DNA of 24,000 nt, from positions 4,526,006 through 4,550,005 of the forward strand of contig NZ_CP107930.1 in NCBI RefSeq assembly GCF_036021035.1. Direction: 5' to 3'. Within the stretch, counting starts at the first letter, position 1. Every line of letters starts with the position of its first letter. This document shows positions 7,592-15,999 of the stretch, piece by piece. The position numbers and the translations under genes are program-made. The notes below the pieces were generated by a model that had not been told where the DNA came from, searched no databases, and saw only the letters and a list, made by a program, of their open reading frames with translations. The stretch comes from Kineococcus sp. NBC_00420 (GTDB lineage: Bacteria; Actinomycetota; Actinomycetes; Actinomycetales; Kineococcaceae).

Positions 7592-10500
7592 GTGAGCACC
7601 ACACCCGAAGAGAACGACGCAGCAGCAGCCGAGGGCGCGGCGACGACGCGGCCCCGCCGGCGCCGTGCGGCGAGTCGACCCGCCGGTCCGCCGGCCCACG
7701 TCGACGTGTCAGGCGAGACCAGCGCCGCGGCCGAGCCCGCCACCCCCGCCACCCCCGCTGTGGCGGAACCGACGCCCGATCCCGTCGTGGCGGCGGAGCC
7801 GGAGCCCGTCGTGGCCCCGGCACCCGAGCCTGTCGTGGAGACCGAGGCGCCGCCGCGTCGTCGTGCGCGTCGGGCGACCCGCAAGGTCGCGACCCCGGCC
7901 GAGGTGGCCGCCGAACCCGTTGTCGCCGAACCCGTCGTGGAACCCGTGGCGGAGGTGACCCCCCAGGTCGAGGTCACCCCGGAACCCACCCCCGAGCCCG
8001 CCGTCGAACCGGCCGCCGTGGAGACCACTGCGGAGGCCCCCGCCGAGGCCCCGGCCGCGGCCCCCGCCCGTCGTCGTCGCAGCCGCAAGACGGCCGTCGC
8101 GCCCGTGGTGCCGGCCGTCCCCGTCGAGGAGGAGCCCGTCGAGGCCGCTGCGCTCGCGCAGGACGTCCCGGTGGAGGAAGCCCCCGTCGAGACCCCCGTC
8201 ACCCCGGTGGCGGAGGACCCCGACCTCATGGACGACCCGGTCCTGCTGCGAGCCGCCGGGTTCGCCCAGGGACGACGGGCCCCCAGCGAGGGTGAGCGTG
8301 CCGCCGACGCGGCCGCCCGCGCCACCGCCCTCTTCTTCCAGGCCCCCGTCGACGAGGAGCCCGTGCGTCGCAGCCGTCGCGCCTCCGCACCCGCCGGCCC
8401 GCCCCCCGTCAGCGACCAGGACACCTTCGCCTTCGACGGCGAGGAGGACGGCGAGTCCGACGTCGAGGTGGACGACGCCCTCGACCGGACCGGTGACGAG
8501 GACGACCAGATCGATGACCAGGGTGACGCGGGCGACGACGACCACGACGACGACGACGACGGTGGTGCGCCGCGTCGGCGTCGCCGCCGCGGTGGCCGCG
8601 GTCGCCGCAGCCGCACCCCCGTCGACGGTGACGTCGAGGACGAGTCGGGCGAGACCGGCGCGGACGACGAGGACGTCGCCGAGACCGACTCCGGGGACCA
8701 GACCGAGGACCCCGAGGACGAGACCGAGCAGGACGACGACGGCGAGGAGTCGAACGGGTCCTCCCGCCGCCGTCGTCGCCGTCGCCGTCGCAGCGGTTCC
8801 GCGGAGTCCGAGGACGTCTCGCCCGACGACCCGCCGAACACCGTCACCCGGGTCCGGGAACCGCGTCGTCCCCGTGCCGCGGTCACGATCGGTGGCACCG
8901 GCGAGGACGAGATCACCGCGCTCAAGGGCTCGACGCGTCTCGAGGCGAAGAAGGTGCGCCGCCGCGAGGGCCGCGAGCAGGGCCGCAAGCGCACGATCCT
9001 CACCGAGGCCGAGTTCCTGGCCCGCCGCGAGTCCGTCGAACGCGTGATGGTCGTGCGTCAGCAGGACGACAAGACCCAGATCGGCGTCCTCGAGGACGGG
9101 ATCCTCGTCGAGCACTACGGCGCGAAGTCCGCGCAGACCACGATGGTCGGCAACGTGTACCTGGGCCGCGTGCAGAACGTGCTGCCCAGCATGGAGGCCG
9201 CGTTCATCGACGTCGGCAAGGGCCGCAACGCCGTGCTGTACGCCGGTGAGGTCAACTGGGACGCCGCCGGGCTCGAGGGGCAGCCGCGCCGGATCGAGGC
9301 GGCGCTGAAGTCCGGCGACTCCGTCCTGGTCCAGGTCACCAAGGACCCGGTCGGGCACAAGGGTGCGCGACTCACCAGCCAGGTCTCGCTGCCCGGTCGC
9401 TACCTCGTCTACGTCCCCCGCGGGTCGATGACGGGCATCTCCCGCAAGCTGCCCGACACCGAGCGCGCGCGGTTGAAGAAGGTCCTCAAGCAGGTCGTCC
9501 CGGAGGGGGCCGGCGTCATCGTGCGCACGGCCGCCGAGGGTGTGGCCGAGGAGGAGCTGGCCGCGGACGTGCAGCGGTTGCAGGCCACCTGGGAGGCCAT
9601 CGAGGCCAAGGCGTCCAGCAAGAACTCGCCGATCCTGCTGCACGGCGAGCCGGACCTCACCGTCCGTGTCGTGCGCGACGTCTTCAACGAGGACTTCACC
9701 CAGCTCGTCGTGTCCGGGGACGAGGCGTGGGAAACGGTGCGCGACTACGTCGACGACGTGGCCCCCGACCTCGCTGACCGGCTCGTGCGCTGGGAGGGGA
9801 GCGAGGACGTCTTCGCCCACCACCGCATCGACGAGCAGCTGCAGAAGGCGCTGGGCCGCAAGGTCTGGCTGCCCTCGGGCGGTTCCCTGGTCATCGACCC
9901 GACGGAGGCCATGCACGTGGTCGACGTCAACACCGGGAAGTTCACCGGTGTCGGCGGGACCCTCGAGGAGACCGTCACCCGCAACAACCTCGAGGCCGCG
10001 GAGGAGATCGTCCGTCAGCTCCGGCTGCGCGACATCGGCGGGATCATCGTCATCGACTTCATCGACATGGTCCTCGAGTCCAACCGCGACCTCGTGCTGC
10101 GCCGCCTCATCGAGTGCCTGGGCCGGGACCGGACCAAGCACCAGGTGGCCGAGGTGACCTCGCTCGGGCTGGTCCAGATGACGCGCAAGCGGACCGGACA
10201 GGGCCTCGCGGCGGTCCTCGAGGAGCTCGACGCCGCCGCCGACGCGAACCCCGCCCCGCAGCCGACGCCCACGGGTTCCTCGAGCTCCTCCAGCGGTTCC
10301 TCCGGCCCCTCCTCGAACGGTGGGGGCAACGGCGGTTCCGGTGGCAACGGGGGCAGCACGAAGTCCCGCTCGCGCCGTGGTCGGGGCCGGGACAAGGGGG
10401 CCGAGGGGGAGACGGAGAACGGCCGTCCCGCCGGCGACGCCCCCTCGGTCGAGGGATCCTCCTCGAACGGCTCCGCCCCGCGCGGGGAGTCCGAGCAGGA

Positions 10501-10630
10501 CGCCCCCCGGGAGCCCGCCAAGGACTCCGCGGTCCTCGCCGCGATCGCGGCCGTGGCCGCGGCCGCCCGCCACAAGGAGCGCGAGGAGCGCGAGGGGTCC
10601 GCCCCGGGCGCCTCGTCCGCGGGCGACTGA
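7592..10630 (+). CDS. rne: Ribonuclease E (RNase E/G family) with disordered N- and C-terminal extensions (~1012 aa)
   Basis: The catalytic core is recognisable: S1 domain VGNVYLGRVQNVLPSMEAAFIDVGKGRNAVLY, then VQVTKDPVGHKGARLTSQVSLPGRYLVYVP, IDPTEAMHVVDVNTGKF and NLEAAEEIVRQLRLRDIGGIIVIDFIDM. The chosen start is GTG 7592 (VSTTPEEND...RRRRAASRPAGPP), with GGAG 6 nt upstream. In-frame alternatives exist at 7475 and 7499. Confidence 0.9.
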   Translation: MSTTPEENDAAAAEGAATTRPRRRRAASRPAGPPAHVDVSGETSAAAEPATPATPAVAEPTPDPVVAAEPEPVVAPAPEPVVETEAPPRRRARRATRKVATPAEVAAEPVVAEPVVEPVAEVTPQVEVTPEPTPEPAVEPAAVETTAEAPAEAPAAAPARRRRSRKTAVAPVVPAVPVEEEPVEAAALAQDVPVEEAPVETPVTPVAEDPDLMDDPVLLRAAGFAQGRRAPSEGERAADAAARATALFFQAPVDEEPVRRSRRASAPAGPPPVSDQDTFAFDGEEDGESDVEVDDALDRTGDEDDQIDDQGDAGDDDHDDDDDGGAPRRRRRRGGRGRRSRTPVDGDVEDESGETGADDEDVAETDSGDQTEDPEDETEQDDDGEESNGSSRRRRRRRRRSGSAESEDVSPDDPPNTVTRVREPRRPRAAVTIGGTGEDEITALKGSTRLEAKKVRRREGREQGRKRTILTEAEFLARRESVERVMVVRQQDDKTQIGVLEDGILVEHYGAKSAQTTMVGNVYLGRVQNVLPSMEAAFIDVGKGRNAVLYAGEVNWDAAGLEGQPRRIEAALKSGDSVLVQVTKDPVGHKGARLTSQVSLPGRYLVYVPRGSMTGISRKLPDTERARLKKVLKQVVPEGAGVIVRTAAEGVAEEELAADVQRLQATWEAIEAKASSKNSPILLHGEPDLTVRVVRDVFNEDFTQLVVSGDEAWETVRDYVDDVAPDLADRLVRWEGSEDVFAHHRIDEQLQKALGRKVWLPSGGSLVIDPTEAMHVVDVNTGKFTGVGGTLEETVTRNNLEAAEEIVRQLRLRDIGGIIVIDFIDMVLESNRDLVLRRLIECLGRDRTKHQVAEVTSLGLVQMTRKRTGQGLAAVLEELDAAADANPAPQPTPTGSSSSSSGSSGPSSNGGGNGGSGGNGGSTKSRSRRGRGRDKGAEGETENGRPAGDAPSVEGSSSNGSAPRGESEQDAPREPAKDSAVLAAIAAVAAAARHKEREEREGSAPGASSAGD
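7910..7948 (+). repeat. 15-bp in-frame tandem repeat (about 2.6 copies) encoding (A)EPVV units inside rne
   Basis: The copies are GCCGAACCCGTTGTC, GCCGAACCCGTCGTG and GAACCCGTG... They lie in the Pro/Glu/Val/Ala-rich N-terminal extension. Confidence 0.6.
8534..8560 (+). repeat. (GAC)n trinucleotide tract encoding DDDHDDDDD inside rne
   Basis: Nine in-frame triplets: eight GAC and one CAC. A related (CGY)9 tract at 8765-8791 encodes nine consecutive Arg. Confidence 0.7.
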
Positions 10631-10662
10631 ACGACTCGGCCGGCCGTTCGCGGCCAGCCGTT

Positions 10663-10691
10663 TTGACCCATGGGACGGCGTTCCGTACGCT
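10663..10691 (+). promoter_or_regulatory. Candidate housekeeping-sigma promoter for rplU-rpmA
   Basis: TTGACC (10663-10668), a 17-nt spacer, then TACGCT (10686-10691). The predicted TSS is near 10698, giving a leader of about 85 nt. A second TTGACCC copy at 10691-10697 has no matching -10. Confidence 0.45.
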
Positions 10692-10722
10692 TGACCCTTG
10701 GTGCGCCATCGTGCGCGAGCCA

Positions 10723-10741
10723 CAGACCGTCCATCGGTCTG
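10723..10741 (+). promoter_or_regulatory. Stem-loop in the rplU leader
   Basis: CAGACCG / CGGTCTG forms a 7-bp perfect stem with loop TCCAT. It lies 40 nt upstream of the rplU start. Confidence 0.3.
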
Positions 10742-10781
10742 CTGGCCTTCCAGTTGTGACGAGAGAAACGGGTTCGTTGTG

Positions 10782-11090
10782 GTGTACGCCATCGTCCGCG
10801 CCGGCGGCCGGCAGGAGAAGGTCTCGGTCGGCGACGTGCTGACCATCGACCGTGTCCCCGTGGCCAACGGGGAGACGCTGCAACTGCAGCCCCTTCTCCT
10901 CGTCGACGGTGAGACCGTGACTCACGAGGCTTCGGCTCTCGCGGGTGTCAAGGTCGTCGCCGAGGTGGTCGAGGAGGCCAAGGGCCCCAAGATCACCATC
11001 CTGAAGTACAAGAACAAGACCGGGTACCGCAAGCGTCAGGGCCACCGCCAGCCGCTGACCCGCGTCAAGATCACCAGCATCGGGGAGTGA
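10782..11090 (+). CDS. rplU: 50S ribosomal protein L21
   Basis: (M/V)YAIVRAGGRQEKVSVGDVLTIDR... is a canonical L21 N-terminus. I trimmed the tracked ORF 10698..11090 to GTG 10782 (GTG 10779 is also possible), giving about 102 aa. Confidence 0.9.
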   Translation: MYAIVRAGGRQEKVSVGDVLTIDRVPVANGETLQLQPLLLVDGETVTHEASALAGVKVVAEVVEEAKGPKITILKYKNKTGYRKRQGHRQPLTRVKITSIGE

Positions 11091-11098
11091 GCTGACTC

Positions 11099-11356
11099 AT
11101 GGCACACAAGAAGGGCGCGAGCTCCTCGCGCAACGGTCGTGACTCCAACGCCCAGCGCCTCGGCGTCAAGCGCTTCGGCGGTCAGGTCGTCCTCGCGGGC
11201 GAGATCATCGTCCGCCAGCGCGGCACCCACTTCCACCCCGGTGCGGGTGTGGGCCGTGGCGGCGACGACACGCTGTTCGCTCTGATCCCCGGCGCCGTCG
11301 AGTTCGGCACGCGTCGTGGCCGCAAGGTCATCAACATCGTCGCAGCCGGCGTGTGA
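11099..11356 (+). CDS. rpmA: 50S ribosomal protein L27
   Basis: [29 protein letters not shown]... is canonical L27. It starts 8 nt after the rplU stop. Confidence 0.95.
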   Translation: MAHKKGASSSRNGRDSNAQRLGVKRFGGQVVLAGEIIVRQRGTHFHPGAGVGRGGDDTLFALIPGAVEFGTRRGRKVINIVAAGV

Positions 11357-11377
11357 CGTACCACCAGTCGTGAACGC

Positions 11378-11413
11378 GGAGGGGCGGACCGGAGCGATCC
11401 GGTCCGCCCCTCC
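11378..11413 (+). terminator. Intrinsic terminator after rpmA (I-shaped, no U-tract)
   Basis: A 16-bp perfect stem, GGAGGGGCGGACCGGA / TCCGGTCCGCCCCTCC, with loop GCGA. It lies 22 nt after the rpmA stop. Confidence 0.6.
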
Positions 11414-11515
11414 GTGCGTCAGCCCCCGCAATCGTGGAGCCGGCGCCCAGCGCCGGAGATCGAGCTGGGACTACCTGCAAGATCACCATCGCTGGGCTAC
11501 GAGAGGCTTTCAACC

Positions 11516-13057
11516 ATGTCCACCCACTTCGTCGACCGCGTCGTCGTCCACGCGTCCGGCGGTGACGGCGGCAACGGGTGCGCCTCGGTCCACCGCGAGA
11601 AGTTCAAGCCGCTCGGCGGCCCCGACGGCGGCAACGGCGGCAAGGGCGGGGACGTGATCCTCGAGGTCGACCCGCAGGTGACGACCCTCCTCGAGCTCCA
11701 GCGCCGGCCGCACCGCAGCGCGCCCGACGGCCGCTTCGGGATGGGCAGCCACCGCAACGGCGCCGAGGGCGACGACCTCGTCATCGGCGTCCCCGAGGGC
11801 ACCATCGTGCGTTCGGCCAAGGGCGAGATCCTCGCCGACATGGTCGGCTACGGGACCCGTTTCGTGGCCGCTCCCGGTGGACGCGGTGGTCTGGGCAACG
11901 CGGCGCTGGCCTCCGCCAAGCGCAAGGCGCCCGGTTTCGCCCTCCTCGGTGAGCCCGGTGAGGTCCTCGACCTGCACCTGGAGGTCAAGACCCTCGCCGA
12001 CGTCGCGCTCGTCGGGTTCCCCAGCGCCGGCAAGTCCAGCCTGGTGGCGGCGTTGTCCGCGGCCCGGCCCAAGATCGCCGACTACCCCTTCACCACGCTC
12101 GTCCCCAACCTCGGTGTCGTCGAGGCCGGTTCCACCCGCTACACCATCGCCGACGTCCCCGGGTTGATCCCCGGCGCCAGCGAGGGCCGCGGGCTGGGCC
12201 TGGACTTCCTGCGCCACGTCGAGCGTTGCGTCGCCCTGGTCCACGTCCTCGACGGCGCGAACCTCGAGAGCGACCGCGACCCGGTCAGCGACCTCGAGGC
12301 GATCGAGAAGGAGTTGGCCGCCTACCCCGTCGACGACGGCACGGTCCCGTTGCAGGACCGTCCGCGGATCATCGTGATCAACAAGGCCGACGTGCCCGAC
12401 GCGCGGGACATGGCCGAGATCGTCCGCGCCGACCTCGAGCAGCGCGGCGCGCCCGTGTTCGTCGTCTCCGCGGTCGCGCACACCGGGCTCCGCGAGCTCT
12501 CCTTCGCGATGGCCGAACTCGTCGCCGCGTCGCGAGCCGCTGCGCCGGAAGCGGTCCCGACCCGGATCGTGCTCAACCCGCCCGCGATCAACGACCAGGG
12601 CTTCAAGGTCACGCGCGAGGAGTACGGCGACGTCGAGGACCGTCAGGTCCGCTTCCGCGTCCGGGGCGAGAAGCCCCGTCGCTGGGTCCGCCAGACCGAC
12701 TTCACCAACGACGAGGCCGTCGGCTACCTGGCCGACCGCCTCGCCCGCCTGGGCGTCGAGGACGAGCTGTTCAAGGCCGGGGCGACCCCGGGCGCCGAGG
12801 TGGTCATCGGCGACGACGCGAACGCCGTCGTCTTCGACTGGGAACCCACGATGATCGCCGGGGCCGAGGTCCTGGGCCAGCGCGGCAGCGACCTGCGCCT
12901 GGAGGACCACTCCCGTCCCACCCGTGACGAGAAGCGCGTCCAGGAACGCGAGCGTCGTGCCGCCAAGGCCGAGGCCCGCGGGGAGCTCGAGACCGAACGC
13001 CAGGCCGGTCACTGGACCAACGAGGACACCACCAGCGAGGAGTTCTCACAGCAGTGA
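11516..13057 (+). CDS. obgE: GTPase Obg/CgtA (513 aa)
   Basis: [30 protein letters not shown]...[14 protein letters not shown] is the Obg fold. G-domain motifs are [18 protein letters not shown] and NKAD. A C-terminal OCT-type domain is present ([10 protein letters not shown]...[17 protein letters not shown]). The start is ATG 11516 with GAGAGG 9 nt upstream. The upstream part of the tracked ORF is non-coding. Confidence 0.9.
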   Translation: MSTHFVDRVVVHASGGDGGNGCASVHREKFKPLGGPDGGNGGKGGDVILEVDPQVTTLLELQRRPHRSAPDGRFGMGSHRNGAEGDDLVIGVPEGTIVRSAKGEILADMVGYGTRFVAAPGGRGGLGNAALASAKRKAPGFALLGEPGEVLDLHLEVKTLADVALVGFPSAGKSSLVAALSAARPKIADYPFTTLVPNLGVVEAGSTRYTIADVPGLIPGASEGRGLGLDFLRHVERCVALVHVLDGANLESDRDPVSDLEAIEKELAAYPVDDGTVPLQDRPRIIVINKADVPDARDMAEIVRADLEQRGAPVFVVSAVAHTGLRELSFAMAELVAASRAAAPEAVPTRIVLNPPAINDQGFKVTREEYGDVEDRQVRFRVRGEKPRRWVRQTDFTNDEAVGYLADRLARLGVEDELFKAGATPGAEVVIGDDANAVVFDWEPTMIAGAEVLGQRGSDLRLEDHSRPTRDEKRVQERERRAAKAEARGELETERQAGHWTNEDTTSEEFSQQ

Positions 13058-14202
13058 CCACCCCGTCCCCGGTCGCCCGGCGCGAGGACCTCGCGCAGGC
13101 CCGGCGCGTCGTCGTCAAGGTCGGCTCGTCGTCGCTGACGACGGCGGCCGGGGGACTGGACGCGTCGCGGTTGGACGCGCTCGTGGACGTGCTCGCGCGA
13201 CGTCGGCTGGGGGGCGGGGACGTCGTCCTCGTCTCCTCCGGCGCCATCGCGGCGGGGTTGGCGCCGCTGGGCCTGCGCAAGCGTCCGCGTGACCTGGCGA
13301 GCCAGCAGGCCGCGGCCAGCGTCGGGCAGGGCCTGCTGCTGGCCGAGTACACCCGGGCCTTCGCCCGAGCCGGCCTCACCGTCGGGCAGGTGCTGCTGAC
13401 GGCCGAGGACGTCGTGCGACGCACCCACTACGGCAACGCCCAGCGCACGCTGGAACGGTTGCTCGGCCTCGGGGTCGTGCCCGTGGTCAACGAGAACGAC
13501 ACCGTCGCGACCCACGAGATCCGCTTCGGCGACAACGACCGGCTCGCGGCGCTCGTCGCCCACCTCGTGCGCGCCGACGCGCTCGTGCTGCTCTCCGACG
13601 TCGACGCCCTCTACGACGCCCCGCCCTCGACGCCGGGCGCGCGCCGGATCGCCACGGTCCGCGGCCCCGAGGACCTCTCGGGGGTGACCGTCGGCTCCGC
13701 CGGGGCCGCGGGCGTCGGGACGGGCGGGATGAGCACGAAGGTCGAGGCCGCCGCGATCGCCGTCGCCGCGGGGGTACCGACGCTGGTGACCTCCGCGACG
13801 CTCGCGCACGACGCGCTGAGCGGGGTGGACGTCGGCACCTGGTTCGCGCTGCCCACCGCTCGCCGGGCCCGCCGCAGCACGCGACAGCTCTGGCTCGCGC
13901 ACGCCGCCGCACCCGCCGGCCGGCTCGTGCTCGACGACGGGGCCGTGCGCGCGGTGCGCGCCAACCGCTCCTCGCTGCTGCCCGCGGGGGTCGTCGGGGT
14001 GTCGGGACGCTTCCGCGCGGGGGACCCGGTGGACCTGGTCGACGGAAACGGCCACGCGCTGGCCCGGGGACTGGTGAACTACTCCTCGGAAGAACTGCCG
14101 GACATGCTCGGCCGGTCGACGCGCGAGCTCGCCCGGCAGTGGGGCCCGGCCTACGAGCGCGAGGTGGTCCACCGTGACCACCTGGTGCTCCTGGGGCGCT
14201 GA
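13054..14202 (+). CDS. proB: Glutamate 5-kinase with PUA domain
   Basis: [11 protein letters not shown] marks the amino-acid-kinase N-terminus, and a C-terminal PUA region is present ([26 protein letters not shown]). GTG 13054 overlaps the obg stop TGA 13055-13057 (GTGA). Confidence 0.9.
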   Translation: MTTPSPVARREDLAQARRVVVKVGSSSLTTAAGGLDASRLDALVDVLARRRLGGGDVVLVSSGAIAAGLAPLGLRKRPRDLASQQAAASVGQGLLLAEYTRAFARAGLTVGQVLLTAEDVVRRTHYGNAQRTLERLLGLGVVPVVNENDTVATHEIRFGDNDRLAALVAHLVRADALVLLSDVDALYDAPPSTPGARRIATVRGPEDLSGVTVGSAGAAGVGTGGMSTKVEAAAIAVAAGVPTLVTSATLAHDALSGVDVGTWFALPTARRARRSTRQLWLAHAAAPAGRLVLDDGAVRAVRANRSSLLPAGVVGVSGRFRAGDPVDLVDGNGHALARGLVNYSSEELPDMLGRSTRELARQWGPAYEREVVHRDHLVLLGR

Positions 14203-14244
14203 CCGCGCCCTCGACCCAGACAGCTTCGAACCGGGGAGCCAGGA

Positions 14245-14646
14245 GTGGCGCAGACGCCGTTGCCGTTGTGGTCGGTGACCTTGACGGTCGCCGGGGTCGA
14301 GACCGACCTGGAGACCCTGCGCAGCGCGCTCGACCGCCTGCTGAGCGAGCACCCGTTCCTCTCCAGCGTGCGCTACAGCAGCACGAGGGTGGAACTGCGC
14401 TACTGGGACGAGGCCCGCGACGTCGACGACGCCGCCGCGATGGCCCTGCGGTTGTGGCCCGAGCACCGCGCGAGCGCCGGGTTGCCGTGCTGGTCGGTGG
14501 TCGGTGTCGAGGTCGTCGACCGCGCGACCGTGGAGCACCGGGTCGACCAGCAGGCGGAACGCCGGCGCCACGGGGTCGGCGGCGGGGGAGTGCCCACCCG
14601 CCGCGTGCGGACCCTCGACCTGATCGGCGACATCGCTCCCTGGTGA
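14245..14646 (+). CDS. Hypothetical protein, 133 aa, inserted between proB and proA
   Basis: GTG 14245 has GGGGAG 6 nt upstream. Third-position G/C is near-uniform in this frame. The composition is protein-like (WSVTLTVAGVETDLETLRSALDRLLSEHPFL...ELRYWDEARDVDDAAAMALRLW). I recognise no family. Confidence 0.6.
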   Translation: MAQTPLPLWSVTLTVAGVETDLETLRSALDRLLSEHPFLSSVRYSSTRVELRYWDEARDVDDAAAMALRLWPEHRASAGLPCWSVVGVEVVDRATVEHRVDQQAERRRHGVGGGGVPTRRVRTLDLIGDIAPW

Positions 14647-14669
14647 GGTCCCTGGCCTCGCCGGCGAAG

Positions 14670-14703
14670 GATCGTTGAACGATCTGCGGGGCACGCGTAG
14701 GCT
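14670..14703 (+). promoter_or_regulatory. Candidate promoter driving a leaderless proA transcript, with a palindrome over the -35
   Basis: TTGAAC (14675-14680), a 17-nt spacer, then TAGGCT (14698-14703). The proA ATG at 14710 lies 7 nt after the -10, and there is no SD. The palindrome GATCGTT-G-AACGATC (14670-14684) covers the -35. Confidence 0.45.
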
Positions 14704-14709
14704 GCGGCC

Positions 14710-15999
14710 ATGACGCTCGCGCCCGAGAAGGCTGCCGGAACCACCGTCGAGGACGCCGTGCTGGCGGTCTGCCGACGCGCCAAGGTGGCGTCACGACCGT
14801 TGCGCGTGGCCACCCGGGCGACCAAGGACGCCGCGCTGCACGCGATCGCGGACGCCATCGACGCCGCCACCGAGCGCATCGTGGCGGCCAACGCCGAGGA
14901 CCTCGCCCGCGGCGAGGCCGACGGCACCTCCCAGCACCTGCTCGACCGCCTCCGCCTGGACCCGGTCCGGGTCGCCGCCGCGGTCCGCGAGGTCGCGGCG
15001 CTGCCCGACCCCGTCGGCGAGGTCGTCCGCGGCTCCACCCTCCCCAACGGCATCCGGCTGCGGCAGCTGCGCGTCCCCATGGGGGTGCTCGGCGTGGTCT
15101 ACGAGGCCCGGCCCAACGTGACGGTCGACGTCGCGGTGCTGGCGCTCAAGAGCGGCAACGCCGTCGTCCTGCGCGGTGGCTCGGCCGCGCAGTCCAGCAA
15201 CACCGTCCTCGTCGAGGTCATCCGCGCAGCCCTGGAGAGCGCCGGGCTGCCCGCCGACGCGGTCACGAGCATCGACGACTTCGGCCGGGACGGGGTCGGG
15301 GTCCTGTTGACCGCCCGCGGGCTGGTCGACCTCCTCGTCCCGCGCGGCGGCGCCGACCTCATCCAGCGCGTCGTGCGGGAGGCGACCGTCCCCGTCATCG
15401 AGACCGGCGTCGGCAACTGCCACGTCTACGTCGACGCCTCCGCCGACCTCGCCCAGGCCGTCCAGATCGTCCTCAACGCCAAGACCTCGCGACCCAGCGT
15501 CTGCAACGCGGCGGAGACCGTCCTCGTCCACTCGGCGCTCGCCGCCGACTTCCTGCCGACGCTGCTCGCCGCGCTGCACGGGGCGGGTGTGCTCCTGCAC
15601 GCCGACGCGACCTCGCTGCGGGCCGCGCAGGCGCAGGGGATCCCGGCCGAGCCCGTCACCGACGCGGACTGGGCGGCGGAGTTCCACGGGATGGAGATCG
15701 CCGTCGGCGTCGTCGACTCGGTCCAGGACGCCGTCGAGCACATCTCCCGGTGGACCTCCGCGCACACCGAAGCCGTGCTCGCGACCGACGTCCGGGTCAC
15801 CGACTACTTCTGCGCCGCAGTCGACTCCGCGGTCGTCGCGGTGAACGCCTCGACGAGGTTCACCGACGGCGGGGAGTTCGGGCTGGGAGCCGAGGTCGGG
15901 ATCTCCACCCAGAAGCTGCACGCCCGCGGCCCGATGGGGCTGGCCGAGCTGACCACCACGACGTGGCAGGTGCTCGGCGACGGTCACGTCCGCGTCTGA
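14710..15999 (+). CDS. proA: Gamma-glutamyl phosphate reductase
   Basis: A 429-aa aldehyde-dehydrogenase-like protein. Motifs are [14 protein letters not shown] and the catalytic Cys region [13 protein letters not shown]. It has the usual synteny with proB. Confidence 0.92.
   Translation: MTLAPEKAAGTTVEDAVLAVCRRAKVASRPLRVATRATKDAALHAIADAIDAATERIVAANAEDLARGEADGTSQHLLDRLRLDPVRVAAAVREVAALPDPVGEVVRGSTLPNGIRLRQLRVPMGVLGVVYEARPNVTVDVAVLALKSGNAVVLRGGSAAQSSNTVLVEVIRAALESAGLPADAVTSIDDFGRDGVGVLLTARGLVDLLVPRGGADLIQRVVREATVPVIETGVGNCHVYVDASADLAQAVQIVLNAKTSRPSVCNAAETVLVHSALAADFLPTLLAALHGAGVLLHADATSLRAAQAQGIPAEPVTDADWAAEFHGMEIAVGVVDSVQDAVEHISRWTSAHTEAVLATDVRVTDYFCAAVDSAVVAVNASTRFTDGGEFGLGAEVGISTQKLHARGPMGLAELTTTTWQVLGDGHVRV

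Noticed and set aside
7299-7595. A 98-aa plus-strand ORF in the rne leader with fairly high GC3.
   Set aside because: The product is Arg/Pro/Thr-rich with no motif and no SD, and it ends by overlapping the rne start. High GC3 alone does not discriminate in this genome. I kept the region as non-coding leader.
7709-10867. A 1052-aa ORF antisense to rne. Similar very long antisense or out-of-frame ORFs include 6994..9003 (-), 11510..13012 (-), 13009..14694 (-), 13487..14794 (-), 14791..17058 (-), 2112..3950 (+), 6093..7109 (+), 15750..17018 (+), 18595..19803 (-), 19380..20855 (+) and 22106..23641 (-).
   Set aside because: Their translations are Arg/Gly/Pro/Ala-rich low-complexity strings with no recognisable motifs. 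Each lies opposite to, or out of frame with, a gene that has strong family motifs. At about 74% GC, stop codons are rare in every frame, so these are shadow ORFs.
11440-11456. The hairpin CCGGCGC-CCA-GCGCCGG between the rpmA terminator and obg, considered as an obg regulatory element, plus my attempts to find an obg promoter.
   Set aside because: The 3-nt loop and 7-bp GC stem are unremarkable at this GC content. I could not pair any convincing -35/-10 with it. I left it unannotated.
14268-14678. An alternative 136-aa frame overlapping the proB-proA orphan.
   Set aside because: Its product is Arg/Pro/Gly-rich. The 14245 frame has the SD, protein-like composition and stronger codon-position bias.
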